DNA from: Parasitella parasitica NRRL 2501
Taxonomy: Eukaryota > Fungi > Mucoromycota
Length of the DNA: 64,000 nucleotides
Assembly (NCBI GenBank): GCA_025201805.1
Contig: MU619355.1
Span: forward strand, 36,496-100,495
Reading direction: 5' to 3'
Made by a program: the position numbers and the translations under genes. Of this stretch, positions 24,216 to 36,902 are shown one piece after another. The notes beneath the pieces were generated by a model. That model ran no database searches and was not told where the DNA came from. It saw only the letters and a program-made list of their open reading frames with translations. Within the stretch, counting starts at the first letter, position 1; each line of letters begins with the position of its first letter.

Positions 24216-25465
24216 TTAATCAATAAAGACGGTATAAATCAAACCACCCAAGATGGCGCCAAAGATAGGAGCCAGCATGGGCACGAAGGCGTAAAAGTGA
24301 TGTACACTGAAGACTTCAAAGCCCCAACCAGCAACAGCTGTAAACAGCCGAGGACCTAAATCACGAGCTGGATTCAACGAAAAGCCGGACGTATAGCCTA
24401 AACCCAAGCAAATTGTCATTACGCCCACTGCAATCATGATGCCTTGTGCCGTACGAAATGGCAGATTGTTAGGATGTCCTGAGGTCATGATGACTAGCAA
24501 CAGCAGTGCTGTGCCAATGATTTCAGAGGCTGCTGCTGATGCAATGCCAACATACAATGGCGGATATGTACCAAAAATACCGGCAGTGCCCAGTTCACCC
24601 AGAATATGACGCTGACCATGGTCAAATTGCGTAATCGCGGGTTCGATGATTGTGTATAATAAAGCGGCTCCAGCGAAGGCACCCATAAACTGAGCTGCGA
24701 GATAAGTTGGCACTTTTCTGAGAGGAAAGCCACTGAATATACAAAAGGTGATTGTTACAGCAGGATTAATATGAGCACCCTATGAAGAAATTCGAAATTC
24801 GAAATTCGAAATTAGAAATTAGAAATTAGAAATTAGAAATCTTGCAAAGATTATCAGGAGGGCAATCTGATTAGATAGTGTGGAGAAAGAGGGGGAGGGG
24901 CCATCTAATTATAGTGTTTTCTGCAAAATGAAAGCGATTGCACAATTGTTGTATAATACTTACAGAAACATGGCCAGAAACACAGATGGCAACAAGTACA
25001 GCAAGGCCTAGAGTTTTCGCCATTAGATCGTTGTTGTGTATTGGAAAAAAAATTAGTTACCTGCTCCAATCGACGAAGTTAACCAAGATTTCTGAGGGCC
25101 GATTTGAAGAGTTTCCTCTGCTGATATACCACAGGTCAATAGGATTAAAATCATTGTGCCAATAAACTCGGCCAAGAACTCTCTGTGCTATATACAGTCA
25201 CGTAGGTTAGAATTGTGTATCGAGGGCAAGAGTATGCCACACTTGCCTTCTGCTTGAAATGTCTTAAATGTGTTACTATAGTCGCACAACGACTTTTAGG
25301 AGCCATATTTAGATCATCTGCGTTGTTTTGATCAAAGGTTAGTGAAATTGAGTTGGTACAAGAGGATGGCTTCTTTTCTAATGCATTGATATCCGCATTT
25401 CGATTTGAAGCGTAAATATTTGTGATTGTAGGGACGGCCGTAAGTGATGAACGAACGGATGACAT
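24216..25465 (-). CDS. Aquaglyceroporin (MIP family, GlpF-like)
   Basis: REFLAEFIGT; SGAHINPAVT; GIFGTYP; SLNPARDLGPRLF; introns include a GC-AG intron at 25188-25246. Confidence 0.93.
24787..24840. repeat. Intronic heptamer array of GAAATTC units followed by GAAATTA units
   Basis: gaaattcgaaattcgaaattcgaaattagaaattagaaattagaaattagaaat. Confidence 0.85.
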
Positions 25466-25662
25466 TATGTAAATAGGGGGCGGAAGAGGCAAAATGGTTT
25501 GAAATATATTAAGAAAGGGAATAGTAGAGAAGAGGGAAAATGATGGTTTTTATATCCAGGGGAAAAACAAAGAGGTGATGTTGAAAGTGTTCCAGATAAT
25601 AGTGCTAGCATAATTTTATTTATATACTAGAAGCTGTCCTGAATACTTGCCATTAAATATAC

Positions 25663-25813
25663 CTTGTTGAAAAGAACCACTTCTATTATTATTGCTGATG
25701 CGATTTTGCAATCGGCCTTGATTTGGAATTAATGGATCCTGCTCAGTTGCGATATTTTCTTCCGCCAATGTCGATGAAGACATTGAGGAATTTGATTTCC
25801 ATCTTGGAGCCAT
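25663..25813 (-). CDS. Probable alternative (distal) first coding exon of the aquaglyceroporin
   Basis: MAPRWKSNSS..ATEQDPLI..GSFQQ followed by G|GTATAT donor (phase 1), compatible with the TTAG acceptor at 25378. Confidence 0.5.
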
Positions 25814-27486
25814 TTAATAAATGATTGTAAAAAATAATAAAGGGAAAGAAAAACTAACGGAAAAAACACTGTAAATTAGCTTTATAGTGCTTGATTTCTA
25901 GTAAACGGAGGGGCAAGTGTCACAATTGATCAGTTTAGTTTGCTTTTATTTACCTCTCCGATGTACATCTCGTCAAGATCATGTTGCCGCATCCATGATT
26001 ACATGATGTAAATAAGCGAAAGCCTTACTTTAAGGCTACTGAGCGAGCAATCGAAACACAGAGATTAAGACTGATGTTCCGTATAATATTAAAAATGATG
26101 GTTTATTTTATAATGCAAAATAACGTATCGACGTATGAAGAAGGTATGATGCAAACGCACGATTTGTACCACATAAACAATATTTTCTGCAAATTTGACG
26201 CTTTCCAGGAGAAAGTTGCAAGTATAACCGTTACATATCTTTGAAAGACTCGACTGATTATGATACGAGGAGACAACTGAGGAGAAACTTTTGTATCAAG
26301 CCAGCCAATTTTAATTTGCTGATAAGCAATCGAAGCAAAATACTGTACATAAAGTAATTTAATATCTTTCTCTCACGTCATATTTGCTAAATTGGAATCG
26401 TTTAAAAGTGATTTTGTTTTTCTGATCGACATACGCGTAATGAAAGTATTATTATCACTAATAATTTCATGGACAGAATGAGAAAAATTGTCGAAGCTCA
26501 AATCACTCTTACACATGTTATCAGTGCGGATATAAAAGTGTATAATATTTAATATATATCATTATTCCTTTATGTATATTTACTGCTTGATGGATATCAG
26601 CTATCTTTGTGATTCCGGCAGATTAGAATATCCAACCTACCAGGCAACCTTTTACCGACAAATGAATCTTATCGCAAATCATTACACCAAAGAAGCATTG
26701 GCAAGCCATATATTAAACACTATTTAAAAGGATGATGTTGTAATAACATTAGCCAAATAAAGCCTTTTACATTGTTATCGACCACGGAGGACGATACACA
26801 GCCGCAGAAAATGTTCCATCTCCACACAGCAACTAAAATCTGTCAAACATACCTCCTTCCTTTACCATCCAGGTTACTAGGCTATTCTTAGTTTTATCAG
26901 CTTTTATACCGTATCAGGTGCTGTTTTTTTTTATGTTGAGCATGCAGCAAACAAACCACTCAAGCAANNNNNNNNNNNNNNNAAAAAAAAAAAAAAAAAA
27001 AAAAATCGATATATGCTAACAAAAGCTTGTGAGATAATACAGCAAATAACTCGATGTATACACTTGATGGAAAGGTTGAGGTGCATTGAACATATCACTT
27101 CTGGAAATATAGATGAGTTAATTTATTGGTCAGTATATTGACTTTTGGATGTCGAAACATCTCAAATTCTTGTGCTGTATATAGATATTGCTTGATCCAC
27201 AGCTGATGCCTGCGTATCATGGACTATTTTACATATCATGGCGAGTCTCATGATCCGTTTTTTTTAAGCAGCTTGTTTTCAGACTCTATATTCTTCAGGC
27301 CCTAATTATAAACAATTAGTCAAAATAGCCATTGCGGGATATATTTGGAACTCTTTTTTTTTTTTTACCAAAAATAACTCTGTATGACAAAACAAAGAAT
27401 CACTCATGATTGTAATAAAAAAAAGAGGTTTTATTTGGGATGTACATCTCGTTTCTTTTCTGTTTTCTCGCAATCCAATTGATAGA

Positions 27487-28612
27487 ATGTCTGGCCCTTT
27501 ACCTCCTGGCTGGGAAGCTCGCCAAGCACCTAATGGCCAATAGTAAGTTTTTGCTTTGTATTTTTTGGCCTCCCATGAATGTCGAGTAATTTACACGAGT
27601 TGAAATAAAAAAAAGTTATTACATTGATCACAATACTCAAGCTACTACATGGGATGATCCTCGTCAAGCCAATCGCGGTTATGGTGCTCCTCCGCCCAAT
27701 AATGGTGGATATCCTCAGCAACAGCCACAAGGATATCCCCTTCAGCAAGGATACCAGCAGCCGCCTCAACAAGGCTTTCCGCCTCAGCAAAGCTATCCAC
27801 CTCAGCAAGGCTATCAGTACCCACCCCAGCAAGCATACCAGCAACCCCCTCAAAACAATTATCAAAGCTACCCTTCTTCCGGGCAACAACAACAGCAAAA
27901 CCATAAGAAACCTGGAATGTCTACTGGGATGAAAGTTGCTGCAGGTCTTGCAGCAGTAGGCTTGGCCGGGTTTGCCGTTCATGAAGTAGCAGAGCATGAA
28001 CAGGAAGAGAATGACCGCATTTCTCGTCTTGAGCAAGAACAAAGAGACAATAGATATGGTACATGTGGTGGAATATTTACATGGTTATCTCGCGCATTAA
28101 CATTTTTTTTTCTTCTTTTTTTTTTTACTTGATAATGTCAAAGGATACGGCGGAGAAGGAGGAGGAGGAGGAGGCTATGGAGGAGGTTATGAAGGAGGCT
28201 ATAATGATGGAGGCAGCACTACTATCATTAACGAAGACAATGGATGGTTTGGACGTGATAAGCAAACGATTATTCAAACAGGTATATTTTGCCCTTTTTA
28301 GGGTTTTTAATAAAAACTGAGCGAGATTCCACTATATTTAGACCAATATGGTGATACAGTTACAACCGAGACAAAGGATGGATGGTTTCATGATGAAACA
28401 ACAGGTACAGTACGACTTGAAGCGCACAAAAAGCAATTGTCCTTACACACATGCATAAACATGATATTTAGTAACTGAAACTGATCGATATGGAAACACC
28501 ACTGTTGTAAGTCTTTGACATGCAAATTATACCATATTTATATACACTCACACTTTTTTTTTGTTTTTTTTTTGTTTCTAAAATACAGGAAGAGAGTTCA
28601 GACTGGTTTTAA
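27487..28612 (+). CDS. WW-domain protein with Q/P/Y/G-rich low-complexity region (Wwm1-like architecture)
   Basis: PLPPGWEARQAPNGQ|YYIDHNTQATTWDDPR WW domain, YPPQQG repeats, glycine-zipper-like GMSTGMKVAAGLAAVG, Gly-rich tail; ~6 exons ending EESSDWF-TAA. Confidence 0.85.
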
Positions 28613-28913
28613 CAGCATTAGAATTAGGGAGTGCTATAAATTGACACAATAATATTTAGCGTGGCAATGTGTATAAATATATACTTGTGTTTACAGCGGT
28701 TACCTATCGACACTTTTTCCTTGGTAAATAAAATATGTCCCTATTCCCAATACCCCTATTCTTCTCTCCCCCCATCCACCCCTATATATATGGTGTTTTT
28801 GTAAAAAGAATGTTACAGTCTAAAGACGACCATTTATATTTGTTTATTTTAGTGAATGTATATATGTTTATGTGTGTACGAATGAATGAATGAATGAATG
28901 AACGAATGAATGT

Positions 28914-29954
28914 TTATGCACAGGAATCCATATTTCTTCGTTCGCCGAAATGAACAACGCGATGTTGATTTAATTCTGATAGCATAGTTTGTATTGAGGG
29001 CAGCCGTTGATTCTTGAAAGCTGGCTCAGGTGATGGACTTGGTGGTAGGCCTCTTAGTTGCATAGCTTGTGTGGCTAATAGGTTTAGATTGTCGTTGCCA
29101 TGATCAGTTCGCTCCGTGTGGTAGTGAGCAGCTGTTACGACGATGGGCGGCTGCGGTGCTCTTTGTCTCTTGATTGCTGTGTGCTGTGAGTAGGACGATC
29201 TCCGCTTATTAGGAGGATTCGGAGGGAGTGGGTTCAATTGACCTGCAATCTTCTTTTTCGATTTATTGGGTGTCATAAATGCTTGCTGGCGTTGTCGCGT
29301 TTCGATAATTGCTTGCTGCTGTTTCTTGGCTCTGTGAGAAGACAAGTCGTTCAGCGTCAATGATAGCCATCTATAAAGGTGTGATTTGTGATCTGGCATG
29401 GGCTGGCACAAGCGTGATCTGCTATGAGACGTAGTTTTTTGTTTTTAGTATCTCTCATCTACAAGGAATTTAACACGGGCAACATACTCTATTATGTGGG
29501 GGTTGGATAAGGGCGCTGAGGAGGGTGTCGCTGTGAACAGCCATTCATTGCCATAAAGTGATTCGAATTGAAGGTCGCGTTCCACAAGTACGTGATAGTT
29601 TAAAGCATGTTGCCACTGGTCACACTGAATGATGTTGAGGAGAGGTTCAGCCACTCTACCGAGGATTTCGTCAATCGTCAGTTTGCATAGTTCAGCCAGT
29701 GCGTAGCAATTGAACAGGCGAGCAATTTGAAGCACTGTGCGTGTCATGACAAAGATGTGTCCTGTTGTTTTGTTCTTGATAAAGTCGTTGGGTGCTGCTT
29801 TGAATATGCGGTGGATCTCCAATGCCTTTTTTGTCAGGCTGTTTTTGCAATAGACTGTGTTGATTTCATCCAGACAGAAATAATGATACGAGTTGTATGC
29901 GTACAGGCAGAAGGGCTTGGACGACGGACCGAATGTGCCTAGAATGATAGTCAT
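28914..29954 (-). CDS. Hypothetical two-exon protein, possibly a transcriptional regulator
   Basis: Globular N-terminal exon plus disordered exon with LNLLATQA and RLPSIQTML motifs and basic patches. Confidence 0.7.
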
Positions 29955-30435
29955 TGTAATAAATAGAGAAGAACGGGAAAGAAAGAAAGAAAGAAAAATG
30001 AGAAGAAAAAAGGGGAAAGTATTCTTTATATAAGGGGAGGAGCACCACGGAAGGGATAAGTTTTCTGATATAGTAGTGGGTCAAAAACTTATAACAATAT
30101 AAGGAGGGTGGTATATACTGTTCGCAGGGAAGATCCATACAAATCAATTTATCTGTCATCAAAGAGGGGTTGTTTAGCTTTACAAGGCTTCCAGCCCCCC
30201 CTTAAAAATTACCTTCTTACCCAATCTCCTACTTTCCTTGAAACAAACTTGTCATCAATTAAGTATAAATGATGTTTCAGGTTGTTCCTTAGAGTCACCA
30301 GCTTATGACAATGCTTGGACTACATACACTTTAAGAAATGATGTACGGCGCGTGCATAATGATTTTTTTTTTTTTTTTTTCCCTCTCCACTCTCCACTCT
30401 CCACTCTTTTTTTGTGCCGGGAAACTACACACAGC

Positions 30436-32203
30436 ATGTCTTCTGACGAGGAAGATCTTGATCTGAATGACGATACTACGTCGCAAATGGAAACCATCAC
30501 AGACGATGGTGGTGACATTATGGAAGAAGGTAACAGATGTGATTGAGTCACCCCCATGAAGAAAGACACATCCTGCTAAACCGCCCCTTTAAATTACTCC
30601 TTAAAACCCATCGCAACAGATCCTTCAGTACAGAACTCACCTGCACCATCACCGTTGCCACTTCCAGTAAACACAAGACAGCTTGATGAGAAACTAGATC
30701 CCCAACTTTTGACTTGTGCTTCTTATGACTGTGTACCTTTAGTAAAGTACAGTGGTTTTTTTTTTTTAATTCTCAAGTAACCATAGGCAGCAGCAGTGCA
30801 TCCTTCGCCCATCACCAGCCTAACAACAACACGCTGCTACAGATGGGTGCTAACAGGCTCAGAGGATGGCTACATTAGAAAGTGGGATTTCTTTACTTCG
30901 ATGAACGGCAAGACTGCATTGACTCAAGCCCAGCGTCACAACAACGTGGACTCAGTTACACTGGCAGGCGTGCTTAGCAGCTGGTGGGAAAACGAAGAGA
31001 TACCTGGTAAGATAGCAGTGGAATCAAAACCACATATACACGAGGGGGGAGGGGGTTATTGACAATACTTGCGTGTGCTAGAAAGTGTCAAACCACCGGA
31101 AGGATCAGACGAGCCTGTAGCACCACCACCACGAGAACCCAAGCTATCAGCTGTTTACAGTTTGGATATCCATTCCGAAGCGCTGTGGGCTGTTCAAGGG
31201 TGCGAAAATGGCTCTATCAATCTAACGTCGGTTCGGCATGAGGAAGGTAGATGCCATCATGTGCTCCGTAAGCACAGTGCACCTGTTTCGGTTTTGATGA
31301 TCACACCCGGTGAACTTGGCGTGATAAGCGGTTCTTGGGATAAGTCTGTGTTGGAATGGGACCTCAACACAGGATCTGTGCTAAGATCGTATGATGGTCA
31401 TAGCTCGCAGATTACCTCGGCAGAGTTTCAGCCAGTGTATACGCCTTGTTCCGAGCCAAATCAAGACGCAAATGACGCAGCGTTGCTATGGAATCGAAAA
31501 AACGAGCATGTACTCATGACCACAAGTATTGATGGTCAGTGTTTGCTATGGGATAGACGAGAACCGAGCCAGCAAGCAAGAAGATTACCTGTGCCTGATA
31601 GAACACCGCCATGGTGCCTGTCTGTAAGTTTTTTTTTTTTTCCCTCTCTTTTCTACAATTGCGCTCGCATTCAAAACTAGATCCTGATTTAACGTGTATA
31701 CAGGCATGCTGGAATGCAGACGGGTCCAAGATATATATGGGTAGACGAAATGGTACCGTAGATGAGTACGATTTCGCTTCACAGAAATGGATACAATCCT
31801 TCCGAATGCCCGCTAACTCAGGACCGGTGTCCTGTGTCAGAAGCATGCCTAATGGCAAGCATATAGTTTGGTAACTTGGCATGGAGATGCGTACTAAAAA
31901 TGAAACAACTGACGCTTGTTTTACCATAGTGCCTCAAATGATAACATTCGTTTATGGAACACCGCTACAGAGTCCAATTTCACAATTCGCCCTGACACAG
32001 AACCCGGATTTGCCAAACCATCCAAGCTATCGTCCATCATCCCGTTTACAATTTTGCCAGGTCATCATGGCGGCACTATCTCGCACATTTCGATTGATCC
32101 TACGTGCAGATACATGATTACGACTTCGGGTAACAGAGGATGGGAGGGTACGTCCACAAATGCTTGCTTATTTTACGATATAGCAGCTGTTACTGCAGAA
32201 TAG
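30436..32203 (+). CDS. SPT8: SAGA complex WD40 subunit Spt8
   Basis: Acidic N-terminus; WVLTGSEDGYIRKWDFFTSMNGK..LTQAQRH..SWWENEE; PPWCLSACW; GHHGGTIS; TSGNRGWEGTST. Confidence 0.9.
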
Positions 32204-32817
32204 CATTTAGAAATAGTGATAGAATAAAATTTGTTATTTAATAAAAAAAAAATATATATCTTTTTGCTAGTTATAAGCCGAGCTTCTCGACAAACATGCC
32301 AAGAAAATGGCAAAATGCGTGTTGTGTGGTTTAAACCACACTCTCAGGATTTTTTTTGAATACGCAGATCTTTCTTGATCTATTCAAAAAAGCATCTTTA
32401 TGACGCGCGAAACTATGCGCATACCCAATATACTGTATCTGTCACTTGATGAAGACGCAGTGTCCCTGTTGCAGTTGGCTTCCACACATGTCTTTAGAAG
32501 CAAAATTTGAGCTGAAACCAAGACTACAAAGATAAACGCTGAACAGGTAGTTTCAGATGCTGCTCGTGGGTCCAAGTTGTCAAAACTTGTCCCATCCTCA
32601 TGTGTACACAATGAAAACTAGCACGTACAATCCTTGTCGTCTTGGGATGTGTTCCCATGCAGGTATACGGTAAGTCGAACCGTAGCAAAATTGAAGCACC
32701 AACAGCAGGCTTGAATATCATGGTCACACACACACGATGCGGTACGGTTCCCAGTCTTGGTTAAAATTTGAAAATCACATTAGACTGGACTGAAAACTCT
32801 GTTAACTAGCGTTTGAT

Positions 32818-34230
32818 ATGGATATTCTGCAAGCTCTCGTTGCAAGAGTCGCCAGAGCATTCTACGATCCAAAGTACATAGCCATTTTAGATGCCTTGAA
32901 CAACGCACCTCCCAACTCCAACGGGTAACAAAGGTTTTGCTGTCTGCTTTTTTTTCATTGCTAACCTCCATTTTTTTTTTTTTTTTTTTTTTAACTAGTG
33001 TTCGTGAAGAAGACCTGGTTTTGACGTTGAAGATGACGCCTCGCGATATCCATAGAATCTGCGGTAAACTTAAAGAAGATAGACTTATCAAAATGTAAAT
33101 GCCGCCTGCCATTGATTGAAAACAATAGCTTGACATGTTTTCTCGGTAGGGCAAACCGAATGGAGCCACGCAAACAAGACGGGCGTCTTATACCCAAAAA
33201 CTACTACTACATTGACTATAAAGAGTTTGTGGATGTCGTCAAGTGGAAAATGTACAAAATGCAGACGTTGGTGCGCGATAATCTGCGAACCGAGTCAGAG
33301 AATAAGGGGTACGTTTGCAGCAATTGCGACAAGCAGTTCTCACCGCTCGATGTGCTCTCTCTTGTGGACTCGGTCGATCAGCTATTTCATTGCGACAGGT
33401 GCGAAAACGTTTTGGACGAGAACGACAATGCAGAAAACGTCAAGGGCAGCCAGCAGATTTTGACCAAGCTACGAGAGCAATCGCAGCCCATCATCACACT
33501 ACTCAAACAAACAGACTCCATCGTTATTCCGTCCAGCTACATTTACAAGCCCTCTGCCGGTAGTCGTGCTAGTAAATCGGACGAGTATGAGCTGGCTATC
33601 GCACAGGATACAGGCGCTGGACAGGCCGACATTGTTGTTGAATTGCAAAAGGATAACGAAGCAGCTAGACGTGCCAAAATGGAGGAGGCAGAGCAGAAAA
33701 GACAGCAAAACGCACTGCCTGTTTGGCATCAGAAATCTACCATTTCAGGCACAAGCTTGGTCGGCACAGGAGATCGACCCGTGGAAGAAGAGCAGGACGA
33801 GGAAGATGCATTTGAAGACGTTGGGCCAGCTGAAATGGATGCAGATACCGAGGACTATTATGCGAGATACTATGAGAGTTTAAGCAACAACAATCCGCTG
33901 GAAGAGGATCGTGATGTCTTTGATACGGTGTATGTAGAACAGCAACAAGTAGAAACCTTTGAAGAGGGCAATAATGGTCATAGCAATTCAGGCGAGGAAT
34001 TTGAGGAGGAGGAGGAAGAGGAGGAGGAGGAGGAAGACGTTCCACTGGTATCAGGTAAATTTTTAGTTATGTTCAGCATCAATTGCGGGGTCAAGATTTA
34101 CTGATGCACTTTATTAGTCAATGGCAAAATGATCCCACTCAACGAAGTGCAGGAAGAGGACCAAAGAAACATGTCGACAGATGAATACAAAGCTTACTAT
34201 GAAGCTTGGGAGAATTGGCAAAATAACTAG
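32818..34230 (+). CDS. TFA1: Transcription factor TFIIE alpha subunit
   Basis: LVARVARAFYD; YYYIDYKEFVDVVKWKM; Zn ribbon CSNC..CDRC; QQNALPVWHQKSTI; acidic tail; MSTDEYKAYY. Confidence 0.92.
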
Positions 34231-34240
34231 AGCAATAAAA

Positions 34241-36902
34241 CTACCAGTGAGACCAATTTTCCCGTTTCTGCGGCTGAGGTTGATCTTGTTGATCTTGCAG
34301 TGCTAAATTGCCCATTCCAAGGCTTAATTTTCTACCGGTCGAGTATTTAAAAAGGGCATCAGTGCAAGAGTGGTGGATTTTACCTTATGATCTGCTCTGA
34401 TTCTGACTGCCGTCTATAACAGTAATCTTTGCATGTATCGCAGAATGCGTTTAAGCCCTTGGCATGGTCTGCGTAAAACTAATGTACAATAGAAAAAGAA
34501 AAAAAAAATCAGGAACCACTATTTTTTTTTTTTTTGCTCTACTGGCCCACTCACTTTTAGGCCTTCAGTCAGGTTTGTCTTGATTTCCTTGTATTTAAAG
34601 TATGCTTGGTTCAGGTTTTGCAAAGCCTTTTCTCGCTTTGCGCCCACGGTTCGATCATTCATGCGTGCCTTGTACTGATGATAGGCATCATTCAACTGTC
34701 TCAAAATCGTGCTTTGCTTTTCGTCTTCATGATCCACCGTCATGATAAAGTCGTCGTACTTTCGCAGCTCACTCACAAACAAGTCTTCAAACTGAGCTGC
34801 TTCAATCTTGATGGTGGGCGATTTTGCAGTGAGTTCGGCGGCTTTCTTCAAAAGCGCTGGCGAAATGTCGTCCGCATTGGACGCTTTTCTAACCTGATCA
34901 GCCACATCCTTCCTCAGTTTTATATGCTGGCTCATGTCTTGTGTCAGTTTCTTGATGCGCATTAGACTCTCGGAGGGTGCGTTCTCTTCACTTGAGGGTA
35001 TTGAGTTTTCCAGCTCTTCGCGCGTCAAGCAGAGCACATTGATTATGTTGGCCCAGGTGTCGAGTTTGTTGCGAACAATTAAATCTGCCTTTTGTGCAGA
35101 TGTCAAAGTTTGTCTATGCTTTTGGCCCTGTGCGGCCAATTGCTGCGTAAGGACGTGTGATTCAGGGCGCTGCCAGTCTGCAGCATATCTTGATCGAAGA
35201 GATTCATCAGCCTCGTGTTCCTCGTCTAATGCGTTGAAGGCTTCCTCTAAAATGTCGGCATTTTTAAAAGATGCTTTCTGCACTTGCTCCCACATGTCGT
35301 ACAGTGATTGAGAGCCGCCTCCGCTCCTTACCTCGGCTGCTTGCTGCATGATTGATTCCGGCAAGCCTGATGATTCGGTAGTGGCTAAAAGAGCGGGTAA
35401 ATGCAGCGATTCAATCGAGCTATGGTATACGCTATTTAGCTCTTCCAACTTGTGTATAATGTCTTCTTTGATCAGACGCTCTTTGCGGTCCACATACACA
35501 CTTGCAGCCTGGTGAACCGCAAAAGGAACCAGCTTTTGGAACAAGGGCAGCCCTATGACAGGATGTAGCGAGTCTTTGTCATGCATCAGCGACACTGGAT
35601 CAGCAATTTCAGTGGGTGCCTGAGCCTTGACCATCTGCGTCTTTAAAATAGCTGGTAGCGACGACGGTAGTGGCACACTCTCTAGATAAATCACATCGTT
35701 GTCCTTTTCTGCGCGAGCTAGATTTGTGCTTATGATTTGCTGTAGGCTTTTTAAATCGTTCATCACTGTTGGTGCTCCCTTGTATCGTAGATTCAGCGCA
35801 CGTCGAACAAAGTCTGTCGCTAGCTGCAAACGTGCCACCTCTTCTCCGTACTTGTCCTGCGAAATACACTCGCACGATTTGCGAAACTGCGCGGCTGCAT
35901 TAAAGTGTAATGCTTTGATTTGCATGTGGGTAAGCCACTCCCGAGGAAAGACGCTACTGATGGATGAATTGGATGCGAGTTCGCAGGCGGTGTCGTAAAA
36001 TTCGGCAATTTTGAGAGCCAAGCGAGCAATGGTGCCATCTCGTAGCTGATCCATGGCTGCCTTTTGCCACACACATTCTTGAGCTTGAGCGAGCATGAGG
36101 TTGATGAGTGTCTGTAGTGCGTACACTGACATGTCCACAGTGGGTGGTATCCTCATTTCTGGCACAACATTATCTAGTAGCAACTGAAAACAGCCCGCAG
36201 AATGCTTTACCGGCAATCGCATTTAAATAAATGAATACATGCAAAAAAAGAAAAAAGGGTAAATCAATTACTTGCCTGAAAAAAGTTGCACGCTTTCTTT
36301 ACACCCTCATTAGTCGATCTATTTTCTGCATTTCCCAGCTGGCTGTACACAGCACCTATTGAATAGAGAACACATGCTTTTTCATAGTTCATGTTTCGAT
36401 GGGAGACTACAGAAATGGCGCCTTGCTGGTTAACAAGAAAAGTAAATCAGCCCTACACGACATGACTTGCCTGGTTTTCGCTCCTCTCCAAACGTCAGAT
36501 ACCAAGGAAACTCAATCCCTACCTACAAGCCAGATAAGCATGCTACATACATATAAACATCTAAATAAAGACGAGGATTTCATTTATTACATCAATTGGA
36601 AACTTGGCGCTGATAAACACAAGCTGGGCATAATATCTACAAGAACCATGAATACGTGCATCATCAAACAAACAGCCTCTTTACTTTATCAGTCTGTTTA
36701 GAGCTTTCTGATTTGCTTCCATGTATATACAATCGTTTCTCAGCTCGTCCAGTACTCTAAAGTCGTCTGTATACAGGTCGGGGTGCTCAGCATATCCGTT
36801 TGATATGTACTCTCGCAGGTAGGGAGTCCATATTATACGCTCTGTTTTTTTAGAGCTTATAGCCAGCATATTCGTCATTGTATTCATAGTCTCTGCTGAC
36901 AT
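34241..36902 (-). CDS. RIM20: pH-response regulator PalA/Rim20 (BRO1 + ALIX V domain)
   Basis: FPWY; [12 protein letters not shown]; [13 protein letters not shown]; YGEEVARL; AEKDNDVIY; LVPFAVH; NLTEGLKFY; no long Pro-rich tail. Confidence 0.85.

Noticed and set aside
24787-24840. GAA/TTC array as a heat-shock element
   Set aside because: Period is 7 bp, not the 5-bp nGAAn spacing, and it is intronic
30436-34230. SPT8-TFA1 adjacency as a functional transcription-factor cluster
   Set aside because: Two housekeeping neighbours in a gene-dense genome, with no evidence beyond chance
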